Translations under genes and position numbers: made by a program
IMG/VR virus record: IMGVR_UViG_3300044212_000014
Span: 1-64,000 of that record
Strand: one strand, 5' to 3'
Length of the DNA: 64,000 nucleotides
From: a virus
Taxonomy: Duplodnaviria > Caudoviricetes
Shown here: in pieces, positions 1 through 10,800 of the stretch
How the letters are laid out: each line of letters starts with the position of its first letter
How positions within the stretch are numbered: the first letter of the stretch is position 1
The notes under the pieces: model-generated
The model's database searches: none
Told to the model about the DNA's origin: nothing
The model's input: only the letters and a program-made list of their open reading frames with translations

Positions 1-1673
1 CACAGTCTACAGTGACTCTTGACCAAATGGGCCTTGGTGGAGTATATAAATTTAAAGGTCCTGTGGCAACATACGCTGATCTTCCTTCTACTGGGGTATC
101 TGCTGGGTGGGTATATAATATAGTTGACACTGGTAAGAACTATGCGTATACCCCAGAAGGGACGTGGGATGATTTAGGTGGCACCGTAGATTTATCCTCT
201 TATAGCTTAAAAACAGACGCGGTAAAGGATATTGCTGGTTCTAGCGCAGTACTAACAATAACTAAAGGTGATGGGACAACATCTACCATAACGGTAAATA
301 ATGTGGCTAATGCCACTCATGCTACAACAGCAGATTCGGCAACCACAGCTACTTCTGCGGATTTAGCAACGAAAGCTACACAAGATGGTTCTGGTAATAA
401 TATTAATTCAACGTATTTAAAATTATCCGGCGGAACCATGACTGGAAATCCCATCTTAAAAAATGCAGTCCCTCTGAGAGGGAATACAGCTTCTGGTAAG
501 TCTGTAAACTTAGCTTTCGTGTCACCTTCTAATGAATCAGTATTAGCAAATGCGAGTTTACATACTTCTATATACTCATCCACAGTACCAACTTGGGAAA
601 CCGATACAACTTCACATGTATTTGCTATGACTGATAGTGATATTACTGGAAGGGCGGCTTCATTAACTCCTACAGCAATTCCTTCTGGTTCTGATTTAAA
701 TAACTACACTACACCGGGATGGTATTGTGCCACATCCAATGATATCGCGGCTTCTATGACTAATTCCCCATCAACAACTGCATTTACATTAGAAGTTATT
801 CCGTGGTCTGGTACTTATGGAATTATTCAGAGGATAGTCCAATTTAATACTGGTAAACTCTATATTAGGTCATCTAGCGATAATAATAGTAGTTGGATTA
901 GATGGACTGATCAGTCAATGTCTACTTTTATCAACGCAAATTCTGATCTACGTAATTACACTACACCGGGGAGTTATTATTGCGATACTGATACTTCTGC
1001 CGCCACCTTATCTAATTGCCCTGTTACCAACGCTTTTTCATTGGAGGTTATACGTTGGGGTAGAACTAACAATGTTATTCAAAGGCTCACCAGATATACC
1101 GATAATAGAGTATATCTTTGCAGATTAAATGGCACCGTTTGGAGTAGTTGGGTTACTCAGGCATTTTCTAGTGACTTATCTTCGTATTTGCCTTTGGCTG
1201 GTGGTGTAATGACAGGGGGTATTACATTACCAAATGGTAGTTATGGATTATCGATTAAAAATTCATCTGGTGGAGGATATAATGTATTATCATTTAATTC
1301 AGATAATAAAATATATGTAGGGAATACATCATATCCTCTTATATTCAATGTTTCTACTAATCCTGTATGTAATATAGGTGGTATCACTAAAACACTAGCA
1401 ATGACAAGTGATATTCCTGCATCTACTATTGTATCTATTACTTTATCCTCGGCTTCTTGGAGTAGTGGTACTTATACTTATAGCAATTCTTCCATAACAG
1501 CCAATTCAAAAGTAACCATAGTGCCTAATGCTACCAACACTACAGGTACTATGTATGATGCTATTGCGGCAGGGAAATTGGCGGGGACAGTAAGTGCTGG
1601 ACAAGTTGTTATTAAGGCATTAGGTACAGCACCAACAATAGACGTTACGTGTGATTTATTAATAGAGGGGTGA
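1..1673 (+). CDS. Tail fibre protein, probably 5'-truncated by the window edge
   Basis: Two tandem copies of a knob-like module (SDLNNYTTPGWY...FTLEV...QR / SDLRNYTTPGSY...FSLEV...QR). YLKLSGGTMTG and YLPLAGGVMTG motifs are typical of tail fibres. The frame is open to the window edge. Confidence 0.75.
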   Translation, partial: QSTVTLDQMGLGGVYKFKGPVATYADLPSTGVSAGWVYNIVDTGKNYAYTPEGTWDDLGGTVDLSSYSLKTDAVKDIAGSSAVLTITKGDGTTSTITVNNVANATHATTADSATTATSADLATKATQDGSGNNINSTYLKLSGGTMTGNPILKNAVPLRGNTASGKSVNLAFVSPSNESVLANASLHTSIYSSTVPTWETDTTSHVFAMTDSDITGRAASLTPTAIPSGSDLNNYTTPGWYCATSNDIAASMTNSPSTTAFTLEVIPWSGTYGIIQRIVQFNTGKLYIRSSSDNNSSWIRWTDQSMSTFINANSDLRNYTTPGSYYCDTDTSAATLSNCPVTNAFSLEVIRWGRTNNVIQRLTRYTDNRVYLCRLNGTVWSSWVTQAFSSDLSSYLPLAGGVMTGGITLPNGSYGLSIKNSSGGGYNVLSFNSDNKIYVGNTSYPLIFNVSTNPVCNIGGITKTLAMTSDIPASTIVSITLSSASWSSGTYTYSNSSITANSKVTIVPNATNTTGTMYDAIAAGKLAGTVSAGQVVIKALGTAPTIDVTCDLLIEG

Positions 1674-1677
1674 TATA

Positions 1678-2352
1678 ATGGGAGCATTTATTTCAAGATT
1701 TACCGGAGGTAGCGGTAGCGGGGCTAATTATTTGGAGGAATTATTGTTTAGTAGTTTACAAGAATTAACAGATGATACAGTATCTCCCACTAAAGTTACC
1801 TCCCTTCCCAATTATATTTTTTATATTAACAGCGGAATAGAAACCATAAATTTATCGGGGGTAACTTCTGTTGAGAATTACTCCTTATATGGTATGAAAG
1901 ACTTGAAAACAGCAACATTTAGTAATATTGAAACACTCCCAGTCGGAGGATTTATATGGGGTAACTCTTCTCATATACCTCCTTTAACAAGCATTAATAT
2001 CCCAAAGGTTACGGTTCTCCCTGCAAGTACATTCGTATGGTGTACATCACTTGCTACTTTTGATTTTTCTAATATAACAGATATTGGATATAGTGCTCTT
2101 GGGTACACCGCATTTACATCTCTGTATCTTCCCAACATCATAACCATAAGTGGTAGTTCCATTATGGGATTAGCCGAGAATTCTACTTTGGCTTCTGTGG
2201 ACATGGGGTCATCTGTATCTTCTATTAATAGCACCGCATTTTCACATTGTAATGCTTTAACTACTATAAACATTAATAGGCCACCCGGGGCGGTAAGTGG
2301 GGCGCCTTGGGGAGCAACAAACGCCACAGTTCATTGGACAGTTATGACCTAG
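1678..2352 (+). CDS. BspA-like leucine-rich-repeat (LRR_5) protein, likely a tail-associated adhesin or receptor-binding accessory
   Basis: Repeating L..I.LP.V..I...AF..C..L pattern, C-terminal GAPWGA.NATVHW, directly downstream of the tail fibre. Confidence 0.7.
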   Translation: MGAFISRFTGGSGSGANYLEELLFSSLQELTDDTVSPTKVTSLPNYIFYINSGIETINLSGVTSVENYSLYGMKDLKTATFSNIETLPVGGFIWGNSSHIPPLTSINIPKVTVLPASTFVWCTSLATFDFSNITDIGYSALGYTAFTSLYLPNIITISGSSIMGLAENSTLASVDMGSSVSSINSTAFSHCNALTTININRPPGAVSGAPWGATNATVHWTVMT

Positions 2353-2363
2353 GAGGAGTTAAA

Positions 2364-2582
2364 ATGACACAGAAACCAGTTTATATTTATGCAGGAACAT
2401 CAGGAAAGATTCAAACCCCTATTCAACTACAGGGGATAACTCCTGAATCTACTTTGGTTCGGTTGATGGCTGATTATGGAAAAATTCTAGTAAAAGGGGA
2501 TGTTAAAACAAGTTGTATTGATGTAGAAGAATCTGATATTCCAAACTGGATAGAAGAAGTTTCTATTGTGACTGGAGGGTAA
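2364..2582 (+). CDS. Small hypothetical tail-associated protein (72 aa)
   Basis: AGGAGG RBS before the ATG at 2364; abuts the next gene. Confidence 0.6.
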   Translation: MTQKPVYIYAGTSGKIQTPIQLQGITPESTLVRLMADYGKILVKGDVKTSCIDVEESDIPNWIEEVSIVTGG

Positions 2583-4088
2583 ATGGCAAAACAGGTAGGA
2601 AAATCAAAGCGGGTAAAAGAGTTTGATATAGCGAATTTAACGGGCGGTATGGATATAGCTACCGACCCGTTTTTCCTATATAAAGACGCGACATGCGCCC
2701 AGCTTATAGAGAACATGGAGTTTGACTCCGAGGGAGAAAGGCTAATGTCTCGTAGGGGACTTGGCTCACCAATACAAACCTTCGACTCTAATATACGATA
2801 TATTTGGTATGACTATGGTATGAATGACTATCTTATATTCCTAGAGAATAAAAACGTATATAAATATGAGTATGGAGGAACCCCTTCTCTTATAGGGGTA
2901 ATAAACGGAGACTTAACCCACAACCCTCAAATAACAAGGTATACGAATGCTAATGGTACATACCTACTTATAGCAAGCGGAGGCACCCTACAGTACTACG
3001 AATATAGTGGAACGAGCATTAGCACAGACTTATCATATCCTCTAATAGATGGTATAATGGAACGATTTACCAGAATGCTAGTGTATGAGTCAAGCACGAA
3101 TAATATTAAATATTCTGGGGTAGCAGACCCGTTTAACTGGACAGAAAACAGTAATGACGCATCTGCCATGAAAGATTTAGATGTCGGGGACGTGTCTCCT
3201 GTCGTAGGTATATACCCGTTAGCCGACGTTATTATAGTGTTTAAAGAAAACGGAAGAATATACAAGATTGCTAATGAACCTGAGGACTGGAATGTCTCGT
3301 TGGTTGGCACAGATAGTGATTTTGTATCGAGAGATTCTATGACAAATTTCGAGGAAGACGTTGTATTCTTTTCTCGGCAGGGACTTCGTTCTCTAGCGAC
3401 CACAGAAACGTATGGAGATTTTACGACTGCGGAAGTTGGAGAAAAGATGAACCCCGAAATGAAAAAGGACTACAGTTCATCATATATGGTTAAAGACCTA
3501 AGAACTAACCAGCTATTTATTAATCCAAATAGGGGAAGTACTGTTTATGTGTATCATTACAGACTAAAGGCATTTACAAAATGGACATTTCCTCAGCCAG
3601 TCATAACGATAGCTCCTGCCATAGACAAAACTTTGGTCGGCATTGGTAAAGAAATGTTCAATTTATCGGCTGAAAATAATTCTGATATTATCGGGGGAGA
3701 AGAAACCCCCATACACCAAAAGATAGTATCGTCTATATTATCTGATTTAAACATTATGACCTTATATCGGTCGCATTTAATGGTTACATCAGATTCAGCA
3801 GGTAGTGCTACTTTAACCGTAAATGATACGACTTGGACTTGGCCTTGGACAGCAGATGAGCAAAGGCAAGAGTTTAAAACGCAGATACGTAAAAACCAAA
3901 TGTTATTTACGTTTGAGACTGATGATATAATTACCTTCCACTATTGGATAGCGGTTATCGTTCAACAATACGTGGCAATGACAGCAACCCAATCTTCTGA
4001 CTCAAGCACAAGCCGGGGAAGTGGAAAGTGGGGACAAGGAACATTCGGAGGTGTCACAAATGGAACTGGTGGAAGCCCATACGGTTGA
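2583..4088 (+). CDS. Tail tube/nozzle (DNA stabilisation) protein, P22 gp10 / T7 gp12-like beta-propeller
   Basis: 501 aa, beta-rich. N-terminal F.GG motif (NLTGGMD) followed by ..ENM...G..L.SRRG. YSGVADPFNW motif. Position in the podovirus tail module. Confidence 0.65.
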   Translation: MAKQVGKSKRVKEFDIANLTGGMDIATDPFFLYKDATCAQLIENMEFDSEGERLMSRRGLGSPIQTFDSNIRYIWYDYGMNDYLIFLENKNVYKYEYGGTPSLIGVINGDLTHNPQITRYTNANGTYLLIASGGTLQYYEYSGTSISTDLSYPLIDGIMERFTRMLVYESSTNNIKYSGVADPFNWTENSNDASAMKDLDVGDVSPVVGIYPLADVIIVFKENGRIYKIANEPEDWNVSLVGTDSDFVSRDSMTNFEEDVVFFSRQGLRSLATTETYGDFTTAEVGEKMNPEMKKDYSSSYMVKDLRTNQLFINPNRGSTVYVYHYRLKAFTKWTFPQPVITIAPAIDKTLVGIGKEMFNLSAENNSDIIGGEETPIHQKIVSSILSDLNIMTLYRSHLMVTSDSAGSATLTVNDTTWTWPWTADEQRQEFKTQIRKNQMLFTFETDDIITFHYWIAVIVQQYVAMTATQSSDSSTSRGSGKWGQGTFGGVTNGTGGSPYG

Positions 4089-4428
4089 TATAGTTCGTCG
4101 CTTAGACGAATACAATAAAAAATTAAATAGGTCATTTTTAGAGGACTGGGATGTAAAAAAATATCCCTTCGTATTTTTATTAGAAGATGGTTCTATTTGT
4201 GCGTATGGGATGGGACTCAACTACATAGACGTTGGGCCAACTTCCGGCGAATTTAAACCAATGTTAAAAAAAATAAAGGAACTTGCAAGATATTGTGGGG
4301 TTCCCAAATTAATAACGACGACACCTAGAAATCCAGATGCCTACGCAAAACTAAGCGGGGCAAAATTAACAGGCGCACTCGTCCATCCAGATGGGTATGC
4401 TGAGTATTATTTCGAAATGGAGGTATAA
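4060..4428 (+). CDS. GNAT-like small virion-module protein
   Basis: GGAGGTG RBS before the ATG at 4060. Size and position (between nozzle and ejection genes) match acetyltransferase-fold genes in podoviruses. Confidence 0.4.
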   Translation: MELVEAHTVDIVRRLDEYNKKLNRSFLEDWDVKKYPFVFLLEDGSICAYGMGLNYIDVGPTSGEFKPMLKKIKELARYCGVPKLITTTPRNPDAYAKLSGAKLTGALVHPDGYAEYYFEMEV

Positions 4429-5106
4429 ATGAGTAGCCACACGTCAGTACAACAACGCCCACTATCTTACGAAGAAAAGGCGTTGTATGCACAACAGCTA
4501 GCCTATATGCAAGAGGTTTCTCCCTATATAACAAATTTGTTAGGGTCTGGGCAAACGGCGCTAAACAATCAAGCGAACATTGATTGGAGTTCACTATACA
4601 ATAATTATACGTCACAACTATCTGATATTATGGACAAGCAAAGTTCGCTATTAAACGGGGAATTACCATCAGCATTTACAGATGCAAAAAATACATATTA
4701 CAACAGGACGTATGAGAATACCCTTGGCTCACAATTATCTAATTTAGCTAAGAGTGGGGTTATTAATAGTTCTCGGATGAACACGACGACAAATGATCTA
4801 CAGAAAAATCTAGCATCTCAAATGAGTAGCGACTATTCAAATGATATAACCCAATATAATAATCTTTTAAATACAAGGCAAAGTTGGCTACAAGGGCAGG
4901 TAAATGATACGGCTAACATAAGTAACGCAAGTACACAAAATGCTACCAATTACTTTAATGCCGCGAGCGCATTGCAATCAGCAAATACGAATGCCCTAAG
5001 CACCATAGCGAATAATGAAAATGGTAGATCATATACGACAACAAGCCAGAGTGGACTAGGTTCTGCATTAAGCGGACTAGCAAGCGTAGGCTCATTATTC
5101 AAATAG
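4429..5106 (+). CDS. Internal virion/ejection (pilot-like) protein
   Basis: Q/N/S-rich helical sequence with a Gly/Ala-rich hydrophobic C-terminus (GLGSALSGLASVGSLFK). Confidence 0.5.
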   Translation: MSSHTSVQQRPLSYEEKALYAQQLAYMQEVSPYITNLLGSGQTALNNQANIDWSSLYNNYTSQLSDIMDKQSSLLNGELPSAFTDAKNTYYNRTYENTLGSQLSNLAKSGVINSSRMNTTTNDLQKNLASQMSSDYSNDITQYNNLLNTRQSWLQGQVNDTANISNASTQNATNYFNAASALQSANTNALSTIANNENGRSYTTTSQSGLGSALSGLASVGSLFK

Positions 5107-5115
5107 GAGGCGTAA

Positions 5116-5874
5116 ATGTATAACATAAACATACCAGTACAGAATAGCCCGTGGTATAGTATTGGACAGATGGCTGGGCTGTTGGGGTCTACGATGAAAG
5201 ATAACCGAGATGCACGAGAAGGGTTAAAACAGCGTAATGACCTATATGCACAAAATGCCGCAGATAACCAGACAACACTGAATAATAACTTGCAGAATGC
5301 CTATAACACGTATGATAATACAAAAAACTCAACCCTATCTAATCTGCAAGGGTTGGCAAACACATATAACCAAAGCCAGAGTGGAGATAACTGGAATGCT
5401 ATGGTAAATGCCGCAAAGAAAATTGATCCGTCATTTGATTCTAGCGACCCCAATGCCATGACGAATTTAATCAATTCCGTCCAGTCTGGGTCTGCATCTT
5501 ATTTACAACCATATCGGCAGGCGGCACAAGCGGCGGCCCTTGCCATTAATCCAAATGCAGATTTAAAATCTGGGACTTGGGGTACGGACGCATATAATCG
5601 TGGAACTGGAAACTTAAACTATGTTAATAATTATAAGACCACAAACGATGGCAAGAAGATTAATGGTACTGGCACGCAAAAATGGCAACCATTCTCCACT
5701 TACTATGGTAATAACCAGAACAATTTGGTTCAGGGGGCGCTGGGGGCTGGGACGCCTATCGCTATGACAGCGGTGACATCTCCTGCAACTCCTATAGACT
5801 TACAACAAGCAAGTCAATTAAGTACTAACTGGTATGACCCAGAACAGCTAAAACAATATCTGCGAGGAGGTTAA
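5116..5874 (+). CDS. Internal virion/ejection protein
   Basis: N/Q-rich low-complexity sequence, AGGAGG RBS, position in the ejection module. Confidence 0.45.
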   Translation: MYNINIPVQNSPWYSIGQMAGLLGSTMKDNRDAREGLKQRNDLYAQNAADNQTTLNNNLQNAYNTYDNTKNSTLSNLQGLANTYNQSQSGDNWNAMVNAAKKIDPSFDSSDPNAMTNLINSVQSGSASYLQPYRQAAQAAALAINPNADLKSGTWGTDAYNRGTGNLNYVNNYKTTNDGKKINGTGTQKWQPFSTYYGNNQNNLVQGALGAGTPIAMTAVTSPATPIDLQQASQLSTNWYDPEQLKQYLRGG

Positions 5875-5875
5875 T

Positions 5876-6838
5876 ATGGACAATAACATCCTACAGATTA
5901 TGAATGCCATCCGAGATCAAGAATCTAGCGGTAATTACGATGCCGTAAATAGTGATTCTGGTGCGTTTGGCGCATATCAGTTTATGCCTGATACTTGGAA
6001 TGATACGGCTAGTCGTTATGGATTAGACGCTAGCGACACGTCACCACAGAACCAAGATAGAATGGCATATGCCTTAATGAACGAATACTATCAACAATTC
6101 GGTTCTCCACAAGCTGTAGCACAGGCTTGGTACGGAGGCCCGGGGTCTGTTGGTAGCAATGTTAGTGGGGGAGCAGGATATCCAGACTCTGACACATATG
6201 CCTCTGAGGTTATGTCAAAGATGGGGAATGGTATGTTCAATTTCCAAGCTAAGAGCGCAAATAATAAGCCATTCCTGAATATGATAGCCCACCTAAGAAC
6301 CAGCGACCCAAACGAAAAGTTTAACACAAATGGGATACTATCTATTATATCACAGCAGAACCCAAATGTAAAGGAAATTGTAAATAACCAGAATACATAC
6401 GGTCAGCACTATGACGAACTTGCAGGCGCATTGCCATCAGGAGTTAGGAAATACGTTCAGCCAGTAGCTGATAATCTTATGCAAAACCAAGTAAACTCCA
6501 TGAAGCAAAATATAGCCCAGAGCATACTCCAAAATGACCTAAAAAAGGGGCAAGAAGCCATTGGTCTTATTAACAATAGCAATAATGTGGATAACAAGGT
6601 GGCATATTCTTCTATTATGAAATCATTTGGTATAGATGTCCCTTCTAACGCAGATCAATATGTCGGTGGTAAACAACTATTGGGAGATGAAATAAATCAA
6701 GCAAACTCAGATAGAAAATATAATCTATCTCAGCAACAACTTAAAAATAACGCCATATTAAACGAAGCTCAAATGGGATTATTGCAGGATAACTTAGACC
6801 ATATGAATAGACTTGCGTCCTTATATGGTTATAAATAG
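5876..6838 (+). CDS. Virion-associated lytic transglycosylase (N-terminal lysozyme-like domain) fused to an ejection-protein domain
   Basis: QESSGNYDAVN...AFGAYQFMPDTW and AWYGGPG motifs of SLT/lysozyme-like domains. Confidence 0.8.
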   Translation: MDNNILQIMNAIRDQESSGNYDAVNSDSGAFGAYQFMPDTWNDTASRYGLDASDTSPQNQDRMAYALMNEYYQQFGSPQAVAQAWYGGPGSVGSNVSGGAGYPDSDTYASEVMSKMGNGMFNFQAKSANNKPFLNMIAHLRTSDPNEKFNTNGILSIISQQNPNVKEIVNNQNTYGQHYDELAGALPSGVRKYVQPVADNLMQNQVNSMKQNIAQSILQNDLKKGQEAIGLINNSNNVDNKVAYSSIMKSFGIDVPSNADQYVGGKQLLGDEINQANSDRKYNLSQQQLKNNAILNEAQMGLLQDNLDHMNRLASLYGYK

Positions 6839-6847
6839 GAGGTATAA

Positions 6848-7825
6848 ATGGATACTGGAACTGGGTTTAATTATCAAGCCAAAGACGCAAGTGGTAATCC
6901 TTTCTTAAATATGCAGGCGTTTATACGTACTAGCGACCCGAAAGAACCATTTGACCAACAGTCTATACAGGGTATATTATCCCAACAAGGGCCATCTTAT
7001 GCTACTCAGCATATGAATGACTATATATATGGGCCTCATTATGAAGATGCTACTCTAGCACTAGGAAGCGGAGTGAGAAAATATGTACAGCCCGTAGGGG
7101 CTATGCTAGATGCAAATAGAGACGCCGATATGAAAGCTAGAATAGACGCCCAAAATCAGCAGGTGAAAATGGGACAAGCTGTTCAGCTTGCACAACTTAT
7201 AAATGGTAGTAATAGCGTTGATAACCGGAGAGGATATTCGGCACTGGCGAAAATGTTTGGTATTAACGTACCAGATGATTCAGATCAATTCGTTGGCGGT
7301 AATGACCTACTAAAGAGCCAGATATCAATGAATGACTCTGAACGAAACTATAACTTAGAACAGCAGAAGCAACAGCAACAAGCTGACTTCCAGAATAGAT
7401 CACTTGAGCTAAGGAAACAGATAGCTGATAGGACAGCTAGTATACAAGAACAGAAACTTGCGGCGGCTCAGAATGCGGCTGGGGCCGGAGGAGGATTAAA
7501 TGGGAAGGGAATTGGAACCCTACTTTCTATTGTAAAGGCAAAGTACGATTATGCAGACAAACATCCGGGCCAGCCAAATCCATTCGACAGATTCGGGGAC
7601 GTGGCAGAACAGCAATTAAATAACTCTGCGGTTCCACCAGATTTTGATGATTATAATTATGATATGAGTGACGCAAACTCTATCATGGAAAATTCCGCAC
7701 AAGCCATGGCTAACGGACAAAAATTTCCATCTCGACAACAACTAGAAGGCTTCATGACGGCGCAGTACGGAGACTTAGCCCCTAGTGTCATTGGTGGTAT
7801 CGACTGGGGAGATTATGGGTATTAA
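6848..7825 (+). CDS. Ejection protein paralogous to the C-terminal domain of the upstream transglycosylase gene
   Basis: FNYQAKDASGNPFLNM...RTSDP...GPHY...LGSGVRKYVQPV aligns with FNFQAKSANNKPFLNM...RTSDP...GQHY...LPSGVRKYVQPV. Confidence 0.6.
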   Translation: MDTGTGFNYQAKDASGNPFLNMQAFIRTSDPKEPFDQQSIQGILSQQGPSYATQHMNDYIYGPHYEDATLALGSGVRKYVQPVGAMLDANRDADMKARIDAQNQQVKMGQAVQLAQLINGSNSVDNRRGYSALAKMFGINVPDDSDQFVGGNDLLKSQISMNDSERNYNLEQQKQQQQADFQNRSLELRKQIADRTASIQEQKLAAAQNAAGAGGGLNGKGIGTLLSIVKAKYDYADKHPGQPNPFDRFGDVAEQQLNNSAVPPDFDDYNYDMSDANSIMENSAQAMANGQKFPSRQQLEGFMTAQYGDLAPSVIGGIDWGDYGY

Positions 7826-7850
7826 CTTATAGTGATTAGGGGGACATAAA

Positions 7851-10800
7851 TTGGCTAATATATATTTAGACAGGGTTCAACAATATACGGGTGACTTCAA
7901 TGGTGTCCCCCAGTATGGCGACGGCGGTTATATCGACACCGCTGAAAATAGCTTCTTATATGGGCTAGGTGGCTCCCTAAATCAACTTGGTACATATACA
8001 GATCAAAGCCTTGGTATGGGAGCTGGTATGGCGGATTTTGGCTCCGACTTAATGACAGGCAGAACGCCTCGTCGTGAGTACAGCTGGAACGATATGCAAG
8101 AACACCCTCTGGATTATGCTACAGACCCAAATGGATTACTCTCTAGCATTGCGTCAATGGCAGGTTCATCACTTCCCGGAACTGTGGCAACATTAGGGGC
8201 GACAGCTCTTATTGGGGCTACGGGTGGTGCGGCGGCGGCCCCATTAGCGGCGGCAGTTGCAGAGGGTAGTACGCTCGCCAGAGCATTGACTATTGGGGGT
8301 AAAGTTGCTAGTAGTGTTATGGGAGCCGCTGTTGGGGGCGGCATAGACTCCGCTATAGAAGGTGGTCAGAGCTATCAGCAGGCTATCCAACAAGGTCAGT
8401 CACAAGACCAAGCTCGGCAGGCAATGGACACTACATTTGAAGGTAACGTAGCATTGTCAACCGCAGAAAACTTAATCGGCGTTGGGATGTTAAAAAATGC
8501 CGCTGGCGTTGGCTCTCGCTTATTAGGGAGAGAAGTCGCAGGTGCCGCAGAAAGCGAAGGTTCAAACCTATTAAATGCACTTGCAGATTTCGGTGATAAA
8601 AACTTCGCTACCCGTATGGCAACAAGAGGAATCCCCGGCTCTTTGGCAGAAGGGTATACAGAAGGGTTACAGAATGAAATACAGAACTATGCGGTAAATG
8701 GGACTGATATAAACTACAACCCCTTAAATATGGATGACGATTCTAAGACACAGATGGCACAAGCATTCTTTGGTATGTTACCTACTGGTGCTGTTGGTGC
8801 TGTGGGAAGATCAAGAAGAGGAAACGTGGTAGAATCTTCGCCGGAAGAAGGCCCAATAGAACAAGTGGCTCCTCAGATAGCCCAGCAAGTAGCTCCTGTT
8901 GAAGGAGAAATAAATGACAATATTTCTCAGCCAATAGATAATGCTCCGATTGAAGGGGAAGTATCAACAGACCAAGACGCTCAACCATATTCATTTAACG
9001 ATGAATTGCAGAACTACATTGCGAATCCAACGGAACGTGACCTATCAGAACGTGAATCATATAACGGAAACCAAGCGGACGAAATGGCCTATAATCAAGC
9101 ATTAGCAAACATGGCTAATGATAATAATATTGGGCAAGACGTTTTAAATAAAGATACTGTGCAAGAGGGAGATAGGGATGCAATCGCCAATCAGCTTGTA
9201 CAGTCTCAAGAACTATCTGGGATAAATGATATTGATACGGCAAGAAACGTTGCTGATCTCATGATTCAGAGGAACAGTAGCGACAATCTCCGTAACGAAG
9301 CACAATCATTATTACAGCAAAAAGCAGATATGGGACTAACTATATCTGATAATGAAACCCAAAATGCGGCTAAGGCGAATCCTGACTCTGTCGTCGTAGA
9401 CCAAACCAGAAATGATATCCGAAGCGCAAAAGAAAGAGAGACGTTAACTCCTTCTCAGAGGGTAGATAGAGCAAGAGAATTAATTCAAAACGACGTGGCT
9501 GAAAAGGGTGTGAATAGTGAGTTCTATACTGGTAATAAGAAACTATCCGATAACGCTAAACAAAGACTAGATAATTTGAATGTTTCTCCCGAAAACTCTG
9601 CTATCACAAGAGAAATTGCCACACAAAATGCTCAGGTAGACCAGCAGACACAAGCTGAAAATACCGCAAAGCTAAAACAATATGTGCCAGAGATACAGAA
9701 TAGCCTTCTTAACGAAGGTGTTAATAGTAAATATTATGTCCCCAATGGAGATATTAGCAAATTATCCCCAGAGGTGGCTAATACATTACAGGTAAATGGG
9801 GAAATAAACCCTCATATCTCCGACCGTATTACGAAACTTAGCAAAAACGCAGAACGGAAGCAGAACGCTGAAACAGAACAAGCCACAAAAGAACAGGCCC
9901 TTAATAAAGATTTATCGCTCGCTCAAAACATTTCTAATATAAATAGCTTTGGGATATCTTTAGACCCGAATAAGCTAAAGAAAATGAGTCCGTCCAAAAG
10001 GAAGAAAGCTATTGATTCCGCAAATAATAAAATAAGTACTCGTAAAGAACGGGCAGATGTTGACTTACAAAGCGGGTTATCCCCAGAACGTAACTTAGAA
10101 GTGCAGGAAAATGATACAACCAAAAGTATTGTAAACCATATAGCTTCTTTATCGAGCAACCCAGAGTCAGTAGAAAAAGCAATAAACAATATGACGGATA
10201 AATATTTAAAATACCAGAAGTTAAACTGGTCGCCAGTCTTATCTAAGTTTGAAAAAGGCAAAAGAGATTCTGCCCAAAAAGCCATTGTTAAATATATGAA
10301 CTACCGAGTTGGTAAAGAACCTTTCGTAAAGAGAGCAGTCGAACAACAACAAGCAGAGGAAGTTAGAACAGCAAACGAAAAAATACAGAAAGAAATGGCT
10401 AAGCAACATATTGTAAACCCTAAACAGACTGCTACAAAGTCGGTTCTATATGGCGCACTACAGGAAATACTGGGAAAAGACAGCAACAACAATAACAAAC
10501 GAATGTCCGTAATGGCTCGGCTATTTAATGACCCTCGAAATGTATTCAAAGAATATTTGCCAAGAGCTATGTCGGTATATGATCTAGCTGATAAAGCCCG
10601 TAGAAGAATGGAAGATACCGTTCAGCGGTATAACGGTAAATTCTCTGATATATACCAAGGATTAGGAAAAAAACATACTGACGAGTTGAATAAACTTGTA
10701 TTATACGCAGATCAAATTCACCGCGATCCAGTTCAGGTAGTGGGATTAGATGACGGTACTCACCTCGTCCTAACAAAGGACTCGTATATCGAACATTTTG

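Noticed and set aside
1-2352. Diversity-generating retroelement target in the tail fibre or LRR gene
   Set aside because: No template/variable repeat pair differing at adenines and no reverse transcriptase in the window
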